Positions 57,416 to 64,000 of a stretch of 64,000 nt of DNA are shown piece by piece. A program made the translations under genes and the position numbers. How positions within the stretch are numbered: position 1 is the stretch's first letter; each line of letters opens with the position of its first letter. The stretch lies in assembly GCA_963825585.1 (NCBI GenBank), contig CAWGTX010000006.1, positions 387,905 through 451,904 on the forward strand, read 5' to 3'. The notes below the pieces were generated by a model. That model saw only the letters and a program-made list of their open reading frames with translations. It was not told the DNA's origin and did no database searches. Source of the DNA: an uncultured bacterium. GTDB lineage: Bacteria; Actinomycetota; Acidimicrobiia; Spongiisociales; ZC4RG35.

Positions 57416-59125
57416 GTGATTGCTGTGGGTCGTGTGCTGGGTCGCACCGCAGCAGGATCGTCAGGTCACCTTGGCCGGCGATGGCGGCCGCTACTCTCGC
57501 CTACCGTGCAATACCACCAGGAGTCATTCACACCGGCGGAAGAGGCCATCCTGGCCCGGTTCTTCACCAACTCCGACCTCCCTGTCTTCGGCCTGGTGAA
57601 CATGCCCGAGGTGGTGAAGGGAGCTCTCTTCGCCCGGTACTCGCGGTCCCCGAAATCGATTCGCCGGCTGTTCCTCGACGAGTTCGCCGCCGACGCCGAG
57701 ACCGGGATCCAGGCCATCGCCGACACCCTCGCCTCCGCCGATCCGCTGGTCGATCTCCGGAACGCCGAGAGGTTGTACCAACGGGTGTTCTTCGAGTACG
57801 GCGATGACTCCGTCGCCCAGCTCGGTGGCGCTCACCTGGCATGTGAACAGGCCTCGAACATCCTCACGAAGGTCCTCGAATGGGGCAGGCTCGCTTCGTA
57901 TCTCGAGCAGTCGACCCGCTACATCTTCTACGACGCACGGCTGGGTGATCGCTACCGCTACACCGTTCCGCCCGAGCTGGCGGGATCCCGCCTCGGTGAC
58001 GGGTACGTGGCCTTCATGGAACGACTGTTCGACACGTACGCCCATGTGGTCGCCACCATGAAAGATGTCTACGAGCGTCGCCACCCGAGGGCGGAGACCG
58101 ATTCCCCGGCGGTGTACAGGTCCACCATCCGCGCCAAGGCATGTGACGCCGCCAGGGGCCTTCTCCCGGCGGCCACCCTGTCGAACGTGGGCATGTACGG
58201 GTCGGGTCAGGCATACGAGATGGCCCTCATGCGGATGCGTGCCCACCCCCTGGGTGAGGTACGGCAGTACTCGGACATGATGCTCACCGAGCTGCGCAAG
58301 GTGATCCCATCGTTCCTCACCCGTGTCGATCGCGACGACCGGGGCCAGGTGTGGAGTCGATACCTCGCCGACAACACCGCCCGCCTCGAGGAGATCGCCA
58401 ACGGCTTGGGCGAACAGGCGCATCCGGCCCCTCTGGTGTCGCTGACGGACTGGGATGCAGATGCCGAGCTCAAGTTGGCCGCTGCTGCGCTCTATGCCGT
58501 GTCGGAACTGTCCGACGGTCAGCTCCAAGACGTTGCGAGGCGGATGAGCGACACCGAACGAGCCGAGGTGATCGCCGCCCTGATCGGTGACCGGACCAAT
58601 CGTCGGCACAAACCCGCCCGAGCCATGGAACGCATCTCGTACCGCTTCGACATCCTGTGCGACTTCGGTGCGTTCCGAGACCTCCAGCGTCATCGCCTGC
58701 TCACGATCGAATGGCAGCGCCTCTCCACCCGGCTCGGCCATGATCGTCCCGCCGATGTCGTCGAGGCGGGTCTCGGCGCCACCTGGGACGCCACGATGGA
58801 CGAGGCCGGTGACCTGTACGAGCGCATACGAGCAGAGGCGGGCCCCGACGTGGCCCAGTACGTGGTGCCGTTCGCATTCAACGTCCGCTTCGTCATGGAG
58901 ATGAACGCGCGGGAGGCGTTCCACCTGATCGAGCTCCGCAGCCAGCCCGCCGGGCACGCCGCGTACCGGCGTGTCGCCCAGGAGATGCACCGCCAGATCG
59001 GCGAGGTGGCCGGTCACCATCTGATCGCCGACGCCATGCGCTTCGTCGACCACTCCGATGTGGGACTCGAGCGACTCGAAGCCGAACGCCGAGCAGAGCA
59101 GCGTCGCCTCGACTCCCAGGCCTGA
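57416..59125 (+). CDS. ThyX-like (flavin-dependent thymidylate synthase family) protein, long tandem-domain form. Start uncertain.
   Basis: 'LPVFGLVNMPEVVKGALFARYSRS' resembles the ThyX N-terminal region. 'FRDLQRHRLLTIEWQRLS' is a ThyX RHR-type motif, though not a perfect RHR-x7-S. A second half repeats 'AAAALYAVSELS'. 569 aa against about 250 for canonical ThyX. Confidence 0.5.
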   Translation: MIAVGRVLGRTAAGSSGHLGRRWRPLLSPTVQYHQESFTPAEEAILARFFTNSDLPVFGLVNMPEVVKGALFARYSRSPKSIRRLFLDEFAADAETGIQAIADTLASADPLVDLRNAERLYQRVFFEYGDDSVAQLGGAHLACEQASNILTKVLEWGRLASYLEQSTRYIFYDARLGDRYRYTVPPELAGSRLGDGYVAFMERLFDTYAHVVATMKDVYERRHPRAETDSPAVYRSTIRAKACDAARGLLPAATLSNVGMYGSGQAYEMALMRMRAHPLGEVRQYSDMMLTELRKVIPSFLTRVDRDDRGQVWSRYLADNTARLEEIANGLGEQAHPAPLVSLTDWDADAELKLAAAALYAVSELSDGQLQDVARRMSDTERAEVIAALIGDRTNRRHKPARAMERISYRFDILCDFGAFRDLQRHRLLTIEWQRLSTRLGHDRPADVVEAGLGATWDATMDEAGDLYERIRAEAGPDVAQYVVPFAFNVRFVMEMNAREAFHLIELRSQPAGHAAYRRVAQEMHRQIGEVAGHHLIADAMRFVDHSDVGLERLEAERRAEQRRLDSQA

Positions 59126-59184
59126 TCGCTCGATTGGGGTGATACGGTCATCCAGTAGGGTTGAGCGCATCGGATTCAGCGGGT

Positions 59185-59270
59185 CAACCTGACCGATGTG
59201 TCGTTCGCCTTCCGGCTCCTCAGGTTGTCCGACCTGTTGACATGTTGGCTTGTTGACTTGTTGGCCGGCA
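59185..59270. promoter_or_regulatory. Second cluster of GTCAAC/CTGTTGAC motifs plus TTGNCNTG 8-nt periodic repeats, upstream of the small ORF/ArsA-like operon
   Basis: gGGTCAACctgacc...gaCCTGTTGACatgTTGGCTTGTTGACTTGTTGGcc. Confidence 0.3.
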
Positions 59271-59311
59271 GCCGATGCGAGCTCGGGCGGTGGGTCTTGT
59301 AGTCTTCGTAC

Positions 59312-59530
59312 ATGGCCGAATTCGACGTAGATGCCATGATCGAACGATTCCGGGAGCGCGCAGGTGCCGTCAAGGACCGTCCGCTCCCCCCTGTTGCCGG
59401 TGAGGAGCGGAAGCGCTTCATCGCCCAGGCCGAACGGGACTTCACCGATTACTCGCTCATCTCCAACGCCACGTGGACGGTGGAGGGCGGGCACCTCGTG
59501 TTGAGGATCCCTCTCGCCGGCGAGCAGTGA
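59312..59530 (+). CDS. Small hypothetical protein (72 aa), tightly coupled to the downstream ArsA-like gene
   Basis: Charged, protein-like composition. Stop at 59530, next ATG at 59532. Confidence 0.4.
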   Translation: MAEFDVDAMIERFRERAGAVKDRPLPPVAGEERKRFIAQAERDFTDYSLISNATWTVEGGHLVLRIPLAGEQ

Positions 59531-59531
59531 G

Positions 59532-60389
59532 ATGACAGACGGGCCACGGCTCGTCATCGTGTCCGGCAAGGGTGGTGTCGGAAAGTCCGCCGTGACCGCC
59601 GCCTTGGCACTGGCTGCGCAGCGACGAGGCGCCCGGGTTCTGGCCGTTGCCATGACCGGTGACGGTGGCGGTCTCTCCGCTCACCTCGGGGTTGCCCCGC
59701 TCCAGTTCGACACCCGTGAGGACCGGCCCGGCCTGTTCACAACGGTGGTCGAACGAACCCAGGCGCTTCGCGAATACCTCCACCTCCAGGTCGGACTCCC
59801 TCAAATCGTTGCGTTCGGCCCGGCGGTGCGTGCTTTCGACTCGCTCGCATCGACCGCTCCGGCCGTTCGGGAGATCGTCACCATGGGCAAGGTGCTGTGG
59901 GAGGTCAAACGTCAGGAGTGGGACCTGGTGGTGGCCGATGGTCCGCCCACCGGTCAGATCGGCTCGTTCCTGCGGGCGGCGAAAACGATCTCTGAACTCG
60001 TCCCTTCTGGGCGGATCCGCGAGCAGGCAGCATGGATGGAGCGGATCATGCTGGAACAGGGAGTCGCAACCCTCTCACTCGTCACGCTCGCCGAGGAGCT
60101 ACCCACCTCGGAGACCCAGGAGACCCTCGATTGGCTCGAGGCCGAGCAGTTGGTGACGACGGTCGACGTCGTCGCCAACCGCATCCTCGAGCCGCTCGAT
60201 TGGACGGGCAACAGCCTTCCGTCAGGGCGCGCAGGAGAAGCCGCCCGGCTGCACATGTCGCTGAGCTCCGAGCAGCGGCGCTGGTTGTCGGCTCTCCCTC
60301 CCGAACGGCAACTCCCGTTCATGTTCGGGACCATGACACCCAGCGAGGTGTCCGCCCGCCTCGCCGACGAGATCGAGGCGTGGTCATGA
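59532..60389 (+). CDS. ArsA/Get3-family anion-transporting-type ATPase (deviant Walker A), copy 1
   Basis: 'LVIVSGKGGVGKSAVTAALA'. Confidence 0.8.
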   Translation: MTDGPRLVIVSGKGGVGKSAVTAALALAAQRRGARVLAVAMTGDGGGLSAHLGVAPLQFDTREDRPGLFTTVVERTQALREYLHLQVGLPQIVAFGPAVRAFDSLASTAPAVREIVTMGKVLWEVKRQEWDLVVADGPPTGQIGSFLRAAKTISELVPSGRIREQAAWMERIMLEQGVATLSLVTLAEELPTSETQETLDWLEAEQLVTTVDVVANRILEPLDWTGNSLPSGRAGEAARLHMSLSSEQRRWLSALPPERQLPFMFGTMTPSEVSARLADEIEAWS

Positions 60390-61417
60390 CCCGGGCGTTG
60401 TTGGTGACAGGCGGCGGTGGCGTCGGCAAGACCACGGTATCCGCCGCCCTCGCCGTGCGGGCCGCCCGGCTCGGTGTGAGGACGCTCGTCGTGACCGTGG
60501 ACCCGGCGAGGCGCCTGGCCGACGCCCTCGGGGTCGAGGATCTCGGCTCGGAGCCGACCCCGCACCCGACCGAGCCCAACCTGTGGGCGGCGATGCTCGA
60601 CGCCACCTCGTCGTGGGCAGCCATCGCCCACCGCCACGCCGACCCGGCGGTGGCCGACCGCTTGGTCGACAACGCCTTCTTCGCGGCCGCGACCACCCAT
60701 TTCCCGGCCAGCCAGAGTTACGCGGCGGCCGAGGAAGCGGCGACCTTCCTCGACGCCCGGGCCTGGGAACTGGTGGTGGTGGACACGCCGCCATCGGCGG
60801 GTGGCATAGAATTCTTCACGGCCCCTGCTGCGATGACCGATCTCGTGGGAGGTCGGCTGCTCAAGTGGGTGACGGGGGCCTTTCTGCCGGGCAGGAACTT
60901 CCTCTTCGACCGGGCCACCCGTCCAGCGCTGCGTGTGGCCGATCAGATACTCGGCTCGTCACTGCTCGAGGCCATCGCCCAGTTCCTCATGGATCTCAGG
61001 ACGACCTACGACGGGATATCGGGCAGATCGCGTCAGATAGAGGAGCATTTGCGTCGGGCCACCACCATCGTGGTCACGACGGCGGACCCAACGCCCATTC
61101 GCGAAGCGGTGAAGTTCTTCCGGGAACTTCCCGACATCGCCTCGCGGCCATCGGCTGTGATCTTCAACCGGTGCCTCCCCGAGGAGTGGATCGATGCACG
61201 ACCGGGTCGGGTCGATGCGGTGCTCGCAGACAACCTCCGACGGTGGGGCGACGAGTCGAGACGCCAGCGCGACCTCCGTACCGAATTCGCTTCACGCTAT
61301 CGCGCCGGTCTGGCGCAGATTCCGTGGCAGCCGGAGGCGCCCACCGACCTCGACTCACTCGATGCGCTCATCGACGCCGCGGCAGGGTTCGACCTCGAAG
61401 CGCTGTTGCGCACCTAA
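60386..61417 (+). CDS. ArsA/Get3-family ATPase, copy 2
   Basis: 'LLVTGGGGVGKTTVSAALA'. ATGA overlap with copy 1. Analogous to the mycobacterial Rv3679/Rv3680 pair. Confidence 0.8.
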   Translation: MTRALLVTGGGGVGKTTVSAALAVRAARLGVRTLVVTVDPARRLADALGVEDLGSEPTPHPTEPNLWAAMLDATSSWAAIAHRHADPAVADRLVDNAFFAAATTHFPASQSYAAAEEAATFLDARAWELVVVDTPPSAGGIEFFTAPAAMTDLVGGRLLKWVTGAFLPGRNFLFDRATRPALRVADQILGSSLLEAIAQFLMDLRTTYDGISGRSRQIEEHLRRATTIVVTTADPTPIREAVKFFRELPDIASRPSAVIFNRCLPEEWIDARPGRVDAVLADNLRRWGDESRRQRDLRTEFASRYRAGLAQIPWQPEAPTDLDSLDALIDAAAGFDLEALLRT

Positions 61418-61429
61418 CCGCCGAAGCGG

Positions 61430-62173
61430 TCAGTCGTCGACCAGCTGGGCCATCACCTCGTCGTCGACGTCGTAGTTGGCGTACACGGTCTGCACGTCGT
61501 CGAGATCCTCGAGGGCGTCGACCAATCGGAAGATCTTGGCAGCCGTCGATGCGTCCACTGCGATGGTGGTGGATGGCAACTGGACCAGATCGGCCGACTC
61601 CACCACCAGGCCGGCCGAGATGAGGGCGTCGTTCACCGGGAACAGGTCGTGTGACGAGGTGATGACCTCGTGGACGTCTCCAGTGGAGCGGATGTCCTCG
61701 GCCCCGGCGTCGAGCGCCACCATCATCACCGCTTCTTCGTCACCGTTGACGATGATCTGACCCTTCGGCTCGAACAGGTAGCCGACCGAACCCGGCTCTC
61801 CGAGAGCTCCGTTGTTGCGGGTGAAGGCCGCACGAACGTCGGAGGCGGCGCGATTGCGGTTGTCGGTGAGGATCTGGCAGTAGAAGGCAACGCCACCCGG
61901 GCCGTAGCCCTCGTACCAGATCTCCTCGTAGTTGGCGCCGTCGAGCTCGCCGGAACCCCGCTTGATGGCGCGATCGATGTTGTCGACCGGCACCGAGGCG
62001 GCGCGAGCCTTGGCGACCGCCTGGGCCAGCGTCGCGTTACCAGCCGGGTTTCCCCCGCCCTGGCGGGCCGCCACCTCGACCGCCTTGCACAGCTTGGCGA
62101 ACAGCTTGCCGCGCTTGGCGTCGTTGGCGCCCTTCTTCCGCTTGATCGTTGCCCATTTCGAATGGCCCGACAT
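61430..62173 (-). CDS. yebC: YebC/PmpR-family transcriptional regulator
   Basis: 'MSGHSKWATIKRKKGANDAKRGKLFAKL'. Confidence 0.9.
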   Translation of the reverse strand: MSGHSKWATIKRKKGANDAKRGKLFAKLCKAVEVAARQGGGNPAGNATLAQAVAKARAASVPVDNIDRAIKRGSGELDGANYEEIWYEGYGPGGVAFYCQILTDNRNRAASDVRAAFTRNNGALGEPGSVGYLFEPKGQIIVNGDEEAVMMVALDAGAEDIRSTGDVHEVITSSHDLFPVNDALISAGLVVESADLVQLPSTTIAVDASTAAKIFRLVDALEDLDDVQTVYANYDVDDEVMAQLVDD

Positions 62174-62179
62174 AGCTTC

Positions 62180-62764
62180 TCACTCCGCGTCGATGAGATC
62201 GATGAGCATCTGATGGATCCGGTCGTCACCAGTCAGTTCTGGATGAAACGACGTTCCGAGAATGCGCCCCTGGCGCACCATCACCGGATGCCCTCGTACA
62301 GTAGCGAGGACCTCGACCCCACTCCCAACTTCGGCCACCCATGGTGCCCGGATGAACACGGCATGAAACGGGTCCGACAGGCCCGTGATGTCGAGGTCGG
62401 TTTCGAACGACTCGTTCTGGCGGCCGAACGCGTTGCGTTCCACCACCACGTCGAGCACACCCAACAGCGGCTGGGAGCCCTCGGTGACGGCCGACGCCGC
62501 AAAGATGAGCCCGGCGCACGTGCCGTAGGTGGGCAGACCGTTACCGATCATCGACCGGAGCGGCTCGAGGACACCGAAACGGACCGCCAGCTTGCCGATG
62601 GTGGTGGACTCACCTCCGGGGAGGACGATCGCCCGAATTCCCGACAGGTCCTCGGGGAGGCGAACCTCCTGCACATCCGCTCCGAGCCGCGCCAACGCCC
62701 GTCCGTGCTCACGGAAGTCGCCCTGGAGGGCGAGCACGCCCACCGTCGGTGCAGCGTAACTCAC
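62180..62764 (-). CDS. pdxT: Pyridoxal 5'-phosphate synthase glutaminase subunit
   Basis: '[13 protein letters not shown]...[10 protein letters not shown]'. GTG start proposed at 62764, giving GTGA coupling to the pdxS stop. Confidence 0.85.
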   Translation of the reverse strand: MSYAAPTVGVLALQGDFREHGRALARLGADVQEVRLPEDLSGIRAIVLPGGESTTIGKLAVRFGVLEPLRSMIGNGLPTYGTCAGLIFAASAVTEGSQPLLGVLDVVVERNAFGRQNESFETDLDITGLSDPFHAVFIRAPWVAEVGSGVEVLATVRGHPVMVRQGRILGTSFHPELTGDDRIHQMLIDLIDAE

Positions 62765-63642
62765 CAACCACGTCGAGCGAGTTGCTCGGCCTCCGAGAGG
62801 GTCCCCATCTCCAGTCCGGGCATGGCGGCGCCGAGCCCCCGGGACACCTTGGCGACCACGTCGGCGTTCTGCCAGTTGGTGGTGGCGTCCACGATTGCCC
62901 GGGCGAACAACGCCGGGTTCGAACTCTTGAAGATTCCGGAGCCGACGAACACGCCGTCGCATCCGAGCGCCATCATGAGGGCGGCGTCGGAAGGCGTGGC
63001 GATCCCGCCGGCGGCGAAGTTGACGACCGGGAGCTTCCCGGTGGCGGCGATCTCCTTGACCAGTTCGTAGGGCGCCTGCAGATCACGCGCCGCGGTCATG
63101 AGCTGCTCGTCACCGAGCACGGTGAGCTGACGCATCTGGTTGGTCATGGTCCGCATGTGGCGGACCGCCTCGACAACGTTGCCGGTACCGGCCTCGCCCT
63201 TGGTACGGATCATGGCGGCGCCCTCGCCGATGCGGCGCAACGCCTCACCGAGGTTCCGGGCACCGCACACGAACGGTGTGACGAAGGCCCACTTGTCGAT
63301 GTGGTGTTCCTCGTCGGCGGGAGTGAGCACCTCGGACTCGTCGATGTAGTCGATAGCCAGAGACTGCAGGACCTGGGCCTCCACGAAATGCCCGATCCGG
63401 GCCTTTGCCATCACCGGGATCGAGACGGCCTCCTGGATGCCCACGATCATCTCGGGGTCGGACATTCGGGCCACGCCGCCGTCCTTGCGGATGTCGGACG
63501 GGACGCGCTCTAGAGCCATGACCGCCACGGCGCCGGCCTCTTCGGCCACCTTCGCCTGCTCGGCGTCGACGACGTCCATGATGACGCCGCCTTTGAGCAT
63601 GTCGGCCAGGCCCCTCTTCACAAGGTCTGTTCCACGTTCCAC
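62761..63642 (-). CDS. pdxS: Pyridoxal 5'-phosphate synthase lyase subunit
   Basis: '[38 protein letters not shown]'. GTG start with RBS aaggag-N6. Confidence 0.9.
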   Translation of the reverse strand: MERGTDLVKRGLADMLKGGVIMDVVDAEQAKVAEEAGAVAVMALERVPSDIRKDGGVARMSDPEMIVGIQEAVSIPVMAKARIGHFVEAQVLQSLAIDYIDESEVLTPADEEHHIDKWAFVTPFVCGARNLGEALRRIGEGAAMIRTKGEAGTGNVVEAVRHMRTMTNQMRQLTVLGDEQLMTAARDLQAPYELVKEIAATGKLPVVNFAAGGIATPSDAALMMALGCDGVFVGSGIFKSSNPALFARAIVDATTNWQNADVVAKVSRGLGAAMPGLEMGTLSEAEQLARRGW

Positions 63643-63682
63643 GATGATCTCCTTCCAATCCCGAATGGTACCCGAGGCAGCG

Positions 63683-64000
63683 TCAGACGGATTCGAGGGC
63701 GCTGCGGTACTCGGACCGGTAGCTCTCGACGACGCGGGACCAGTCGTACCGAACGCACAAACGGGTGCCCGCCCGGGACAACGAATCCGCCCAGTCGGGC
63801 GACGCCAACAGGGTGATGATGGTCTCTGCCCACTCGGCGACGTCGCCTGGTGGCACGTAGGTGGCACCATGCTCGGCCACCGCCCGGAAAGCGGGCAGGT
63901 CGCTGGCGATGACGGCGCACCCGGCCGCCATCGCCTCGGCCAGCACGATCCCGAAGCTCTCCCCTCTGAGATTCGGGGCGACGAACACGCCCGCAGAGGC
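63683..64000 (-). CDS. GT4-family glycosyltransferase, C-terminal part (pimA-like by synteny). The 5' end lies beyond the window.
   Basis: '[28 protein letters not shown]...G..V' is the GT4/GT-B EX7E-type C-terminal motif. The pdxS-pdxT-yebC neighbourhood mirrors mycobacterial pimA synteny. Confidence 0.6.
   Translation of the reverse strand, partial: ASAGVFVAPNLRGESFGIVLAEAMAAGCAVIASDLPAFRAVAEHGATYVPPGDVAEWAETIITLLASPDWADSLSRAGTRLCVRYDWSRVVESYRSEYRSALESV

Noticed and set aside
61670-63070. 466-aa + strand ORF
   Set aside because: It is antisense to yebC, pdxT and pdxS, which are strongly supported.
1-64000. CRISPR arrays, transposases, integrases, phage genes
   Set aside because: No direct-repeat/spacer periodicity and no transposase or integrase-like ORFs were found anywhere in the window. 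The tRNA-adjacent cluster lacks an integrase.

Overview
This is a high-GC actinobacterial chromosomal segment, Actinomycetota-like, probably from a non-model lineage. Coding is dense and there are many 4-nt ATGA/GTGA start-stop overlaps.

Content from start to end:
- A partial GT87/DUF2029-like membrane gene running in-frame into an LtaS/sulfatase-family gene.
- uvrA, with a candidate LexA/SOS box upstream.
- A glycosylation cluster on the minus strand: GT2 polyprenol-phosphate glycosyltransferase, SAM methyltransferase, UPF0104 flippase-like protein.
- Three GT-C-like polytopic membrane protein genes, all carrying frameshifts. Two are tandem paralogs; the first is heavily decayed.
- uvrB with a perfect LexA-type box, then coaE.
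- A NarL-type two-component system immediately upstream of two tandem Flp pilin genes.
- A convergent Tad pilus operon: cpaB, tadZ, tadA, a signal-peptide+VWA::TadB fusion, tadC, and a frameshifted unknown membrane protein.
- rpsA, polA, and a small ORF coupled to polA.
- tRNA-Leu(CAA) followed by about 580 bp of noncoding sequence.
- A roughly 13 kb glycan cluster: ACP plus two atypical alpha/beta-hydrolases, two tandem TcaB9/TylC3-like sugar C-methyltransferases, a CDP-glucose 4,6-dehydratase-like gene, two near-identical rfbF copies as direct repeats flanking a GT2, a Wzc-like co-polymerase with a degenerate kinase and a novel C-terminal domain, and a Wzy-like membrane protein.
- A trp operon (trpE, ygfZ-like, trpC, trpF, trpB, trpA).
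- ccdA, MFS and MATE transporters, nth, xpt, a hotdog thioesterase, an EamA transporter, a long-form ThyX-like protein, two tandem ArsA/Get3-like ATPases, yebC, pdxT, pdxS and a partial pimA-like GT4.

Main findings:
- Frameshifts are concentrated in glycan and membrane genes.
- A heptamer (CTGGCTN)n repeat family sits downstream of two genes.
- A recurring GTCAACAG/CTGTTGAC motif appears in two intergenic regions.
- SOS boxes are present upstream of both uvrA and uvrB.
- The tad operon contains a VWA-TadB fusion.
- The tRNA-adjacent glycan cluster has features of a genomic island.
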